From assembly GCF_009914755.1 (NCBI RefSeq), contig NC_060926.1: a stretch of 64,000 nt of DNA; one strand, written 5' to 3'. The stretch comes from the human T2T-CHM13v2.0 reference genome, Homo sapiens. Position numbers and translations under genes: made by a program. Positions 12,121 through 25,230 of the stretch are shown one piece after another. The number at the start of each line of letters is the position of its first letter. The first letter of the stretch is position 1. The notes beneath the pieces are model-generated. The model made no database searches, was not told the DNA's origin, and saw only the letters and a list, made by a program, of their open reading frames with translations.

Positions 12121-13729
12121 TAAACCCCTTGGTCAATTTACATCATATTTTCTTTTTAAAAATTTTATTTCTAAGAATATTTCCCCCCTCAATGCAATCT
12201 CACGGAAGGTAAACCATTCATATTATCAGTGCCACATTCACTGGGATCCTCAAGAGGAATGTGGGGCAGGGTCTTTGAATAAGTAGTCTTCTGGAACCTG
12301 TTTTTGTTTTTAAACCAGAACCATAAGCAAGTATAGAATAAAGGCCATTTTTTTTTAGTTCCTTTCTGAAGAAAATGCCTTTTGTTTGAGGTGAGATGTG
12401 ATATTATCCTGGTTGAAACTAGAAACTTGCATCAATGTCTGTAGTTTTTCAGAATCATTTTAATTTATAATCTCCTTATATTCAGGAACATCAAGAATGT
12501 ACCTAGTTTAATGATATGTGGATATAGCTATTAATATTCTGTTTTATGCCATTTGCAGCTAGATTCAACCTGCAACACACTACTTGGAGGCTATGGGGTG
12601 ATTCTGAAGTAAAGACTTGTGTTTTCCCAGTTCCTGGGCTTCTTCATGCTGAAAGTCTTGCTCCATCACCTGTCCCATATTAATTTCCAGAGCTCCTTCT
12701 GAAAAGCTTGTTATCACTCAAGCTATTCTTTCGGTTCCGTCTTTGAAAAACATTTATAAAGGGCAGAAAACCTCCAGTGCTGAATTTTATTATTTTCGGT
12801 GTGATCGTTTCTTATTCCACAAAGTAAAATACCTTGGCTTTGATGATCTACTCATAAAGTTGCCAGTTTAGAAGAGCAACACTATTATCACACTCCTGCA
12901 AGCAACACCTACCATTTTCTTTTGTGCATCTCTTTCAAATGGAGTGGAATAGGCATTCTACCATCTTTATTATCATTTGTTTGAATTCTTGGTTTAAGAT
13001 GAGTTTGCTTTGGATGCTAGATAGCTTATCCATATCAGAAAAAGTACAGAGCTACAAAAGAGAGTAATTTATTAAAAGCACTTGCTCAACTGATGCTGCA
13101 GTGCCTTTAAAGCTGGCCAATGCCTTTCTCCATACAAAAGGCGTTTTGAGTTTACCACTTTTTTCCCATATACCAACTCTCTTCCCCACAGCTTTCCCAG
13201 AAGTGTTTGACTTCTTAAGTACATACAACCTTTCATGGTTGCTGCTTTTGTTGCCCAAGGTTGTATCTAATTCACGGTCCTTGATCTTTTTTTTCAAGTG
13301 TAATTTCCCTCTGTTTGCACACACTTGAGCCTGGAGCCTTAAAAGAATGCTCACTATGTCTGGGATGTGGGACAGTGATTTCAGCACTACCTGCTGATTC
13401 TAGACTTGGCACAGGAGAAATTTGACCCAAAGCTTGTGCCAATTTTGCTTCCTTTTTATTTGAAATAAGATAACTGTATCTTATTTGGGAAGATTGTCAA
13501 CTCTCCCTCCCAGATCTTCGATGTCCTTTTGCAGTGTTTCAGATACCATGACAGAAAGCACATCAAGGAAACATGGTTTTCCACAAAGTCCTTGTTTTTA
13601 AATGTTTCCTATTTGTTATCCATTTTCACACACTTTGAACATGGTGTCTTCTTTGTTCTGGAGCTTGTTTACTTAGATTTTAGCCTGGAAATGCCCTTTG
13701 CTGTGAATGCTAACAACTCCGAGATTCAT
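12121..13729 (-). pseudogene. DBF4: DBF4 (ASK, CDC7 regulatory subunit) processed pseudogene, decayed and 3'-truncated
   Basis: Minus strand from gctgccATG at 13729 reads MNLGVVSIHSKGHFQ...LQKDIEDLGGRV...SYLISNKKEAKLAQALGQISPVPSLESA...LYVLKKSNTSGKAVGKRVG...GKLKTPFV...DMDKLSSIQ...RIQTNDNKDG...CCLQ...VFYFVE...PHIPLEDPSECGTDNMNGLPS. This is colinear with human DBF4 as recalled (MNSGAMRIHSKGHFQ..LQKDIKDLGGRV..SYLISNKKEAKFAQTLGRISPVPSPES..PFHTPPEEPNECDFKNMDSLPS). No introns; many stops and frameshifts. Confidence 0.93.
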
Positions 13730-13799
13730 GGCAGCTGTCAGTACCTACATCCTGGGTCCAAAGAAGGTGCCCTGGACTGGGGACCCAAGAAGAGGTGGC

Positions 13800-14300
13800 T
13801 CTCCATGCACTTGAGATGCCTGTCTGCCTCCTCACCCTTACCTCCTTCCCTTGGCACCCAGGCACGCTGGCCTCCTTTCTGCCCCTGAAACACAATGACT
13901 CTGCTACCACTTCCAGGCCTTTGAACTTGCCATTCCTCTACTACAATAATCTTCTCCAGATCTCCACAGGACAGCTGTCCCTCCTTATTCAGGCCTTATC
14001 TCCTCCCCAAGACACACACATGCATGCGCACGCGTGCGTGCGCACACACGCGCACACACACACACACACTTGTCGAGACCCAGTAATCTACCCTGATTCT
14101 TTGGTGGTGATGGTAATTGCTTTGGAAACTCTTATAAAAATGAAATTACCCTGTGTATTTATTAGTTAGGTGCTCAGCATCTCTCTTCCTGGTAAAATTT
14201 TAGTTCTGTCCAGCGCAGGAAACTTGACCATTCTCTTCTCAGTCATGTGCCCATAACAATGTCCAACACACTGTGTAAACATCTGTTCAAATGCACTGCA
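13800..14300. mobile_element. L2 fragment with embedded purine-pyrimidine repeat (14011-14069)
   Basis: cacgctggcctcctttctgccc...ccaggcctttgaacttgccattcc are L2-like motifs. Confidence 0.6.
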
Positions 14301-14437
14301 TTGAATCCAGTTGAAGTGATTTCAAAGGAAATAAATGAAACTGTTAAAAGATGGATATGTTTTTGGCTTGAGGGCTCATTCAAAAGGAACAAAGCTGCTA
14401 AAATTAAGTATTGGCCATGAATTAATCTAGACTTTCA

Positions 14438-14782
<345 letters not shown>

Positions 14783-14783
14783 T

Positions 14784-15105
14784 TATTAATTAATTAACTA
14801 ATTTATTTATTTATTTATTTATTGAGACATTCTCTTTTTTGTCGCCCAGGCTGAAGAGCAGTGGTGAGATCTCAGCTCACCGTAACCTCTGCTTCCCAGG
14901 CTCAAGCAATCCCCCAACCTCAGCCTCCCAAGTAGCTGGGACTATAGGCATACACCACTATGCCTGGCTAATTTTTAAATTTTTTTTGTAGAGACAGGGT
15001 TTTGCCACATTGCCGAGGCTGGTCTCAAACTCCTGGGCTCAAGCAATCCACCTGCCTCAGCCTCACAAAGTGTTGAGATTACACGAGTGAGCCACCACAC
15101 CTGGC
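14784..15105 (-). mobile_element. AluJ
   Basis: (TTTA)n tail and antisense dimer; TSD tatctc(t/a)cctt. Confidence 0.92.
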
Positions 15106-15563
15106 TATCTCACCTTCTTGCCTTCATCCAATGTTTCATGCATTTGACTAACAGGTAGTGGAGGACATCCTGCAGCCAGCTGCTTGTCAGGGGCCAGGGA
15201 ATGGGTTGAGGACCCCCTATTCCTGCCTTCAAGGCACTCACTGTCTGAGCCCATGGTGGGAACAAGGACAGGAAAATGCACCTGGGGGACTCGGAGCCTG
15301 GAGCAGAGCAGGTCACCAGAGTTCAAGCTATGCAGGGGTGTTGAAGAGGTAGCTGGAAGGTACCAGCTATACGTCAGCTTCCAAGGGTCCAACCTTGAGG
15401 AGATGGCACAACCAGCAGCAGAGTCCATTGCAGAGGCAAGAAGAAAACAGGTCAAGAGCAAAGACAGGAGCAGGAGAACAGGAAACCAGCATCCAGACTG
15501 AGTAGGTAGCCCGCAACCTACACAGGGCCTATTGGCCTTGGCCAGGGCTGGCGCTTGCACCTA

Positions 15564-15608
15564 GTGTTGTTGTTGTTGATGATGATGATGATGATGATGA
15601 TGTTGTTA
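15564..15608 (+). repeat. (GTT)n/(GAT)n compound microsatellite
   Basis: tgttgttgttgttgatgatgatgatg... Confidence 0.9.
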
Positions 15609-17250
15609 AGAAGAAGAATGGTCAGCATTTACTAAGCACTTATTTTTGCCAGTTATCATGGTGACACATTACATGCTTGATCTCATGTAATCCATCACAA
15701 CAGGGTGATGACTTGGAGACTCTTACTTATTGCACTAGACTTATGCAAAATTAATTGACTTTTTCAAGTTTACACAGCTAATAAGTGGCAGTACTGGGCC
15801 CAAACTCAAGGCTGTCTCCTCTGGGTATGTCAGAGGGGCTGGAGCATACACTGATCTCACAGATCCAACAAAATTCCTTATGGGCCTCCTACAGCAGCTC
15901 CTTTCTCTGTGCTCAGCCTTGACCTGGCCTGACCTTGACACATCTGTATAGGGAGCTCCAGGCTGGTTTCAGACAAGGACAGCACACGCACAAAAGGTCG
16001 GGTCAAGGAGAGCGCACAAGACTGGAGGAACAGAACTGAGCTCCAAGCACCTGCAATGAGAGTGTCTGGAAAGTCAAAAGCCCAAGGTGAGTTTAGCAAA
16101 AATGCTAATCACAATAGAAAAGGTTGTTTTTGTTTGTTTGTTTTTTGCTTTGGTTGGTTTTGTTTTCAAAATTATTTATTTGTAGCAATCTTGTGAAACT
16201 TTTATTATTTGCCTGATATCAATCTCAAATGAGCATTAAAAATAGTTTGTACATTCAGGAGTTGTTCTTGGCATCCATAAGACAATAATATTTTCACTGG
16301 ATAAGGCATGTGACTCGTCCGCAACTGGGTAATCCTCTACCACAAACCCCAGGATGGAAGGAGAGACAGAAGGGGAATGGGGTGGAAAAGAGCTAGAAAA
16401 GCCTGTAAGAGAAGAAATGAGGGGGCAGGGGTAGAGGGGAAGGGGAGAGTTCTCCTCCTGCATTTGAGAACAGTTTGGTTGGATTTTGGGGAACCCTAAG
16501 TTACCTTCCTGGTGAAGTCTGGGGTGTGGACATAGCCAAAATCCTCATCTGCAACTTAAATAAATTCAGGAATAAAGAAAAGAACTACAAAAGAACAGTC
16601 AAAGGATAAAAACAATGATCAGAGGAAAGATAGAAAGAAAAGTGAATTCTGGAGGAGGCGGAAAGAGGCTTTCAACTACATGACAATAAATAACAGCTTC
16701 TTAGATTTCTAGCAAATAATTAACAAATGTGAATTTCACATATCAGGTGGTGGTTGGTCTGATGGCAAGATGCATGCTTGACCACAGCGATTTATGGAGG
16801 CTGCAGTGGCCACTGGGGCCTCTCCTTTAGCAGAGACCCTCAAGGACAAGCTGACTTGACATCTGCCTGGGTTTCAGGGTGGTTTTGCTAAAGAATCAGA
16901 GATAAACGAGGAGGCATATACAGATGACTCTCCTAACCCTGACTTCCTTCACACAGAAAGAGATAAATGGGCAGTCCATTTTGGGATCCAAAGGGCATGG
17001 AGTGGAAAGCTATCTGAGTGATGAAATTCCACCACTGTAAACCTCCTGAGAGGCATAAAAAGGGGCATGTATAGCATGTGCTCAAGTAAGCAAAAAGTAA
17101 AAATAAAAGGTAGATAAAGAGAAGTGTAGTTGTAGGAAAAAGATTGGGCCAAAGGTTTTATAAATCACAGTTACAGTATGAGTTTTCATATTGGATGGAG
17201 ATGTTTATTATTAAAAACATGCATTGCATGGTCAAATGAAGAGAGTGCAC

Positions 17251-19514
17251 TGATATGATTTGGCTGTGTCCCCACCCAAATCTCAACTTGAATTCTCTCT
17301 CCCAGAATTCCCACTTGTTGTGGGAGGGACCCCAGGGGGAGGTAATTGAATCATGGGGGCTGGTCTTTCCCATGCTATTCTCATGATAGTAAGTCTCACA
17401 AGATCTGACAGGTTTCTCAGGAGCTTCTGCTTTTGTATCTTCCTCATTTTCTCTTGCCGCTGCCATGTAAGAAGTGCATTTTGCCTTGATTCTGAGGCCT
17501 CCCAAGCCATGTGGAATTGTAAGTCCAATTAAACATTTTTTTCTTCCCAGTCTCAGGTATGTCTTTATCAGCAGTGTGAAAATGGACTAATACAGTAAAT
17601 TGGTACCAGTAGAGTGGGGCATTGCTGAAAAGGCACCCCAAAATGTGGGAGCAACTTTAGAACTGGGTAACAGGCAGAGGTTGGAATAGTTTGGAGGGCT
17701 CAGAAGAAGATAGGAGTATGTGGGAAAGTTTGGAACTTCCTAGAGCTTGTTGAATGGCTTTGCCCAAAATGCTGATAGTGATATGGACAATAAGGTCCAG
17801 ACTGAGGTGGTCTCAGATAGAGATGAGGAACTTTTTGGGAACTGGAGTAAATGTGATTCTTGTTGTGTTTTAGCAAAGAGACTGGTGGCATTTTGCCCCT
17901 GCCTTAGAGATTTGTGGAACTTTGAACCTGACAAAGATGATTTAGGGTATCTGGCAGAAGAAATTTTTAAGCAGCAAAGCATTCAGCAGGTGACTTTGGT
18001 GCTGTTAAAGGCATTCAGCTTTATAAACGAAGCACAGCATAAAAGTTTGGAAAATTTGCAGCCTGACTGTGCAATAGAAAAGAAAAATCCATTTTCTGGG
18101 GAGAAATTCAAGCCACCTGCGGAAATTTGCATAAGCGGCAAGAAGCCTAATGTTAATCCCCAAGACCTTGGGGAAAATGTCTCCAGGCCATGTCAGACAC
18201 CTTCATGGCAGCCCCTCTTGCCATCACAGGCCTGGAGGCCCAGGAGGAAAAAGTGGTTTCTTGGGCTGGGCCCAGGGTCCCTGTGCTGTGTGCAGCCTAA
18301 GGACTTGGTGCACTGTGTCCTAGCCACTCCAGCCATGGCTGAAAGGGGCCAAGATACAGCTCGGGCTGTGACTTCAGAGGGTGGAAGTCCCAAACCTTGG
18401 CAGCTTCCATGTGGTGTTTAGCCTGTGGGTGCACAGAAGTCAAGAATTGAGGTTTGGGAACCTCCACCTAGATCTTTAAGATGTATGGAAATGCATGCAT
18501 CCTCAGGCAAAAGTTTGCTGCAGTGGCAGGGCGCTCATGGAGAACCTCTGCTAGGGCAGTGCAGAAGGGAAATGTGGGACTGGATCCCCCACACAGAGTC
18601 TTTACTGGAGCACTGCCTAGTGGAGCTCTGAGAAGAGGGTCACCGTCCTCCAGACCCCAGAATGGTAGATCCACTGACAGCTTGCACCATGCACCTGGAA
18701 AAGCTGCAGATACTCAATGGAAGCCTGTGAAAGTAGCCTGAAGGGAGGCTGTACCTTGCGAAATCACAGGGCGGAGCTGCCCAAAACCATGGGAACCCAC
18801 CTCTTGCATCAGCATAACCTGGATGTGAGACCTGGAGTCAAAGAAGATCATTTTGGAGCTTTAGAATTTGACTGCCTAACTGGATTTCAGGCTTGCATGG
18901 GCCCTGTAACCCCTTTGTTTTGGCCAATTTCTCCCATTTCATAGATACCTGTACCCCCATTGTATCTAGGAAGTAACTAGCTTGCTTTTGATTTTACAGG
19001 CTTATAGGCAGAAGGGACTTGCCTTGTCTCAGATGAGACTTTGATCTGTGGACTTTTGGGTTAATGCTGAAATGAGTTAAGACTTTGGGGAGCTGTTGGG
19101 AAGGCATGATTCATTTTGAAATGTGAGGACATGAGATTTGGGAGGGGCCAGGGGCAGAATGATACGGTTTGGCTGTGTCCCCACCCAAATCTCAACTTGA
19201 ATTGTATCTTCTAGAATTCCCACATGCTGAGGGAGGGACCTAGCAGGGAGGTATTTGAATCATGGGGGCCGGTCTTTCCCATGCTATTCTCGTGATAGTT
19301 AATAAGTCTCATGAGATCTGATGGGTTTATCAGGGGCTTCCACTTTTGCTTTTTCCTCATTTTCTTTTGCTGCCACCATGTAAGAAGTGCCTTTTGCCTC
19401 CCCCCATGATTCTGAGGCCTTCCCAGCCATGTGGAACTGTAAGTCCAATTAAACCTCTTTTTCTTCCCAGTCTCAGGTATGACTTTATCAGCAGCATGAA
19501 AATGGACTAATACA
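17251..19514 (+). mobile_element. Full-length THE1A MaLR provirus (5' LTR 17251-17594, internal 17595-19159, 3' LTR 19160-19514)
   Basis: Two THE1A LTRs (TG...CA); internal region begins gtaaattggtaccagtag; polypurine tract before the 3' LTR; 5-bp TSD tgcac at 17246-17250 and 19515-19519; residual 224-aa internal ORF at 17747-18421. Confidence 0.95.
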
Positions 19515-21477
19515 TGCACTATGAATCATAGGTCACAATTAACCCAGTTTCATACACCTGAGGTCCAATTTACAAAATAAAATGATTGTCATGATATATT
19601 ATTTAAAAATAGGAGAAGTTTGGCATACAAAAGACACTCCTTTAAAAATAGTAGAAGTTAAATTTCTGGGTGAAATTATTGGAAGAAATTTTTATTTACT
19701 TTTCAAAGTTTTCTTGGATAAGCATGTAGTATATTCATATGCAGAGAAGGGCAGGAAGGTTTTTTTTTTTTTTTTTTTTTTAAAAAGTACACCCCATGAC
19801 CCTTCATTTAGGCCCTCCCCTTCTCATTCTAATTTTTATCAGTATCCTAATTATATCAGTTCTTCGACATGGGGTTTCCTCTTGGGCAATAGGGCATTTC
19901 CTATGCTGGGTCCAGTTCTCCTGAGAATGTGAAGCAGGCCTTGCTGGAAAGCCAGACCTCCCAGAAGGTGCCTGGCAGTGACTCCAGCCTCAGGTCCCTG
20001 CCGCGGATACCAACATCTAATGTGCAATGTGTTTTCCCAAGCCAAGGCGCCTTCTCAATAGTGGGCTCATTGCCACACTGGCTGGGAAGAAGCACTGTCC
20101 AGTCCTCGCCATTCAACTCAGACATTGGCCCCCAGCCAATGTCCGTCCAGTGAGACCAGGGACTGCCAGCCACTGGTCAGGAAGCTGTTTATCAAGCTGG
20201 GGAAGTCTGGAGCACACACGGCTCACTCTAAGGTCCATTTATTCTCCCAGCACTTACAATCCTCTCTCAAAAGACACAATGCTTTCCTAAAAATAATTAA
20301 TCATGGCAGCAAAAGTGAAAAACAAGCTCCGTCTCCTTCCTTCCACAGACATAAAGAACTTCAAGGCTGTCTTGATCAAAAAATGGGAGGTGCAGGCTGA
20401 GAGCAGGGACGACCTGGAAGGGGGGATGAGAGCTCTCCTGTAGAGTTATTCAGGTTCAGTGCATTTCCTACAACATAAAGGAACGTGCCTCCTGTCAAGC
20501 GAAGACACTGTGTCTAAAGACTGTAAAACAATAATATATTGGGCAACTCCATGCCCCACGGACAAAGAGCATTGTGACCATGACAGACCTGAATTTCCAC
20601 CTGGCTCTACTGTTGCCTCTGTCTGGTCTTGGACTAGTCCTATAACCTCTCTGCACCCCTATAAAATGACAGTAATAATATTAACACCAGACAGGGTTGG
20701 ATGAGGATTGAACACATAGCACATTAACTGGTATATAATATGCCCTCAATATTTTGTAGTTGTTATACTTATCATATGCTTTTCTAAGGGTAAATCTTGA
20801 CAGAATAAGGCCTACCAGCCAGGGGGAGATCAGGTTACAAGCATAGGGTGTTGGGATGAGTGATCACTGCCTTTCATGTCTACCCCTTAAAGAGTACCTT
20901 GGAAGGAAACTATCCAGCCACCACCATCTCGGGTCATACCTGTAATAGGACAGTGACATGAGCCCTGGACTGGGAAATGGGAAAATCATGTCATCTCAAA
21001 TGCTCTTCATTTTATTGAGGACTTACTATGTGCCAGACGCACTACTAGAAGCCAAAGTAGTAATGAGGTAACTTTGGGTAAATTACATATCATATCTGAG
21101 ATCTGGTTTTCACATTTCTAAAGTCAGAACCAAAAATGAGATGCTAGAAATAAAAGCTCACTCTAAGCGGTCAAGTGGCTTTTAGATACACTGAGTTAGA
21201 ACTTTCCGCATGACCGTATTCTGAGGCTACACCACATAGACCACATGCACAGCTTCTCAAGTAATGCTGGAAATGTGTGGCTGCTGACTAAATGTTAATG
21301 GGCATTGTCAGGGATGATGGAGATGCAGATGAAAGTCTATCTGAGGGGTTCATACCTTTGAATGTGGTGTCTCAACTAATATTTCTTGAACACAAACCAC
21401 ACTCCAGCATCATTCTTAGAGCTTTGGGCCTTGAAGTCTGATGGAGAGAGCAATGCAGGACTAAGCCAGTACATGCC

Positions 21478-21845
21478 TACTATGCTTTGAATGTGTTCCC
21501 CAAAGTTCCTGCATTGGGAACTTCTTTCCCAGTGCAACTGTGTTGAGAAATAGGATCTTTAAGCAATTATTATTTCATGAGGGCTCTGCCATCGGGAATG
21601 GATTAATGTCATTATTGAGGGAGTGGATTCTTTACCTTGAGAGTGGATTTGTTATAAAAGCAAGGTCAGCCCTCTCTATCTCTCCCCTGTAAACTTTCTT
21701 GCCATATGAGAGCTTCCCTTATCTGATGCAGTACCTCAATATTGGACTTCCCAGCCTCCAGAACCATAAGTCAAACAAATATCTATTCATTATAAATTAC
21801 CTAGTCTGTGCTATTCTGTTACAGCAACACAAAATTACTAAGACA
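21478..21845 (+). mobile_element. MSTC/MSTD-type MaLR solo LTR
   Basis: tactatgctttgaatgtgttcccc...ggacttcccagcctccagaacc...ctaagaca; TSD atgcc on both sides. Confidence 0.85.
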
Positions 21846-22259
21846 ATGCCCACATGGGAAGTCAAACACAAGTGAAGAAACTCCCCAGTAGGAAATAATA
21901 CTAGTCACAGAAAAGTGGTGGGGTTAGCCACCACTGAACTAGTGATGGTATCTTGATAAATATTTTATAACCTCTATGCATACTTCTTTTTAGCTGAAGT
22001 ATGCCAGGCCTGTCTCTAACATATTATGCATATTTGTGATACCATTAAGTAGAGAGGGTTTTTAAATAATAATCTGACTCAAAAGAAAAAGACAAAATTG
22101 AATATAATGAACTCCAAGGAGATACAGGAATTGTACAGATTGCTTAGAGTATAAGAAACTTGCTTAAGTATGTGAAACTTGATTGTGATTAGAAAAAAAA
22201 TTTATTTAATCCTGTTGTTCCTAGTTATTCAACATTTGGACGCCATAAAAGAAAAAATG

Positions 22260-22582
22260 GGCTGGGCACAGTGGCTCACACCTGTAATCCCAGCACTTTG
22301 GGAGGTCAAGGCAGGCAAATCACTTGAGGTCAGGAGTTTGAGACCAGCCTGGCCAACATGGTGAAACCCCCATCTCTACTAAAAATACAAAACAAAAAAA
22401 AAATAAGCTGGGCATGGTGGCACACACCTGTAATCCCAGCTACTCGGGAGGCTGAGGCAGGAGAATCGCTTGAACCTGGGAGGTGGAGGTTGTGGTAAGC
22501 CGAGATAGCATGCCACAGCACTCCAGTCTGGGTGACAGAATGAGACTCCGTGTCAAAGAAAAAAAAAAAAAAAAAAAAAACC
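22260..22582 (+). mobile_element. AluS (Sx/Sz-like)
   Basis: Full dimer with poly-A; TSD agaaaaaatg. Confidence 0.93.
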
Positions 22583-22938
22583 AGAAAAAATGCAAAAAAT
22601 AATTCAACTATATTTTGAAACAATAACAACAACTTCATGGCAAAAAAAGAAAAAGAAAAAAAGAAAAATGCCATGGGCAAGCACAAAAGATAAATAACAA
22701 ACCAGGAAAAAACACTGCAGTTTATAACACAGACAAAAGATATGCGGAAGGAGCTTCATGTATAAGGATCTCCTAGAAATCAACAAGAGAATAAAACTCA
22801 GTAGATAAATGTGCGAAGGACAGAAACATATTTCACAGAAAAGGAAATGCAAATCGTCCTTAAACAAGTAAAACAATAACAATAAAAATGACAACTACAT
22901 TGGGATGGCATTCGCTACCTTTCAAATTGGCAGCATTG

Positions 22939-23389
22939 CAGTAGTGTGCTGGAGCTGACTCTTGACAGTTGACCATGAATAATTACCAGATTTTTAGGAG
23001 CTGGTTTTATGAGTAGGTTGTTAAATGCAGATTGTTGCTAAGATTTAATTATATAAATTTATAACTAAATAAATCATACAAATACAAAGGAAATAAAAAC
23101 TCTTAAATTCCTTATTATTTTACCACATTTCACAATTATCCATGCTACTTGCATCTCTTGCATCTGTGTGGTAGAAATACTATACAGTGGGTGCTACGGC
23201 CCATCTCTTCCCAACTCCATGGTCAGGGACATCATGTTGATAGCTTGCAATTGGCCTGGGTAGAAGTATTTATGCCATGGAAATCAGCAGATACTACAAC
23301 TAGGGCTTCTTGTTTTTTTGGTTTTGGGTTTTGTTTTGTTTTGTTTTGTTTGGAGAAGTGGTTGTTAAACATTTATTAGCACATCATTG
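22939..23389 (+). mobile_element. MER63 DNA transposon inserted in old L1ME-like sequence
   Basis: cagtagtgtgctggagct...gttgttaaacatttattagcacatcattg termini. Confidence 0.82.
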
Positions 23390-24519
23390 TGGAAATCCCA
23401 AATGTTAGCAACAAAGTTGCTGGGATTACAGGCATGAGCAACTGCACCTGGCTTCAAATGTTGGTAACATATTTTATTGGAAAGGCTGGGAGAAGCAGCC
23501 ACTCTTACTGCTGACAGGAGTGCCCAGCAGTTGATAGAACCCTGTAGAAGGCACTCTGGCAATATGTGCCAAAATTATAAAGAGATTTACCCTTTGCCCA
23601 GCAACTGCCCCACTGGGAGTCTATTCTACAGCTCTGCCTACGTGTGCATGCAACAAGGTGATTGTGAGATCATCCAGCAAGGTTTGTAAAAGCAAAAGAC
23701 ACAGGTCAGCCAGGATCCTTCCACAGAGACTGATGAAACCAAACACAGTCCATCTTGACACTGGACTCTCACACAGCTGATAAAGAAAGGGGAAGCTCTC
23801 CATATAATGATGCGAAAAGTTCTCAGACATAGTAAGTGAAACGAAAGCAAGGCACAAAACAGTGTGCCTCCTTTTGTGTAAAAGGGGGGGAAACATGAAT
23901 GTATTTATGCATGTTTATATTTGCATAATGAAATTCTGAAGGATAGACTGATACAATAAAACTAATTACTTGATTCAAGAGGTGATTGATTGGGAATGTG
24001 TAATCTGAAAAGACTAGTGATATAAAAGCAGACAAAATTAAGCTTTCCTTCACCAAGAACACAGAAGCAAACATTTCCCAAGGAGCAATTAAGAAAGAAG
24101 AATAAGCAGTGGCTTTTGTCTTTGAATGACATTTCCCTACAGATTTACACAACAGCGGACGGCCAAAGGAAGATGGAGCTAAGGGGAATTGGCAAGGAGA
24201 AGGCAGAGCTCAGAGGCTTATAGGAAATGAAAGAGAAGTCATTGCATGACTGAGAAGGTCACACAGAGAGGCACTGCGGTTTCATTTGAGAGGGAGGAGA
24301 AAGTGCAGTAGCAGAGACTCAGCCTAGAGGTGTAAATCTTCCCAGGAAGGCTTGCAGGCTGTGCTGCGGTGCTGTGTGGTTCCAAGGCTGAAGACAACAG
24401 TCAGGAACATTCAAGACCAGGATAGACCCGAGGGTTGAGGCATAGCTGCTCAACCGGACTGCAGAAACACACATACAAGAAGCAAGGAACAACCCAGGAT
24501 ACACAGCTGCCCTCTTTTG

Positions 24520-25230
24520 GTTTTTTTAGGTGCCATGCATATGCCATAAAATTCATCCTTCTAGAACGTACAATTCAGTTAGTTTCAGTATATTCACAGA
24601 GTTGTACAACCATCACTACTATCTAATTTCAGAACATTTTCACCACCCCAAAAAGAAAACACCACACCCATGGGTCATCACTCCTTAAATCCCTCTCCTT
24701 CTAGCCCTGCCACAACTAATCTACTTTCTGTCTCTACAGATTTGCCTGTTCTGGATGTTTCAGATAAACGGAGTCATACAATATGTGGCCTTTTGTGTCT
24801 GGCTTTTTTTTACTCAGCACATTTTCAAAGCTTACCCCAATTGTCCCATTTATCAGTATTTCATTTCTTTGTCTTGCCAAAGGATAGTTCTTGGTATGAA
24901 TATGCCGCATTTTATTTATTCGTTCATCAGTTTGTAGACACTTGGGTTGTTTCCACTTTGGGCTATCATGAAAAATGCTGCAATGAACATTCGTGTACAA
25001 GTTTTGTTTTTGCGGAGGCATGTGTTTTTATTTCACTTGAGTATATACCTAGGAGTGGAATTGCTGGGTCATATGGAAACTCTACATTTAACTTTTCAAG
25101 GAATTGCTAGACTGTTTTCCAAAGTAGCTATGCCATTTTAAAATGACATCAGCAATGTCTCTATATCCTCACCAACATACATTTTTTTCAGTCATGCTAG
25201 TAGGGGTGAAATGATATTTCCCTGTGGCCA
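24520..25230 (-). mobile_element. L1MB 3' end
   Basis: gttgtacaaccatcactactatctaatttcagaacattttc; acttgggttgtttccactttgggcta; ggagtggaattgctgggtcatatgg. Confidence 0.85.

Noticed and set aside
13052-13387. 111-aa ORF as a functional DBF4 paralogue
   Set aside because: Only partly in the DBF4 frame and surrounded by stops and frameshifts.
15184-15501. 105-aa ORF with a charged C-terminus
   Set aside because: No recognisable homology or convincing splice sites.
17747-18421. 224-aa ORF as a host gene
   Set aside because: It is the known THE1 internal ORF remnant, with a non-ATG start and downstream disruption.
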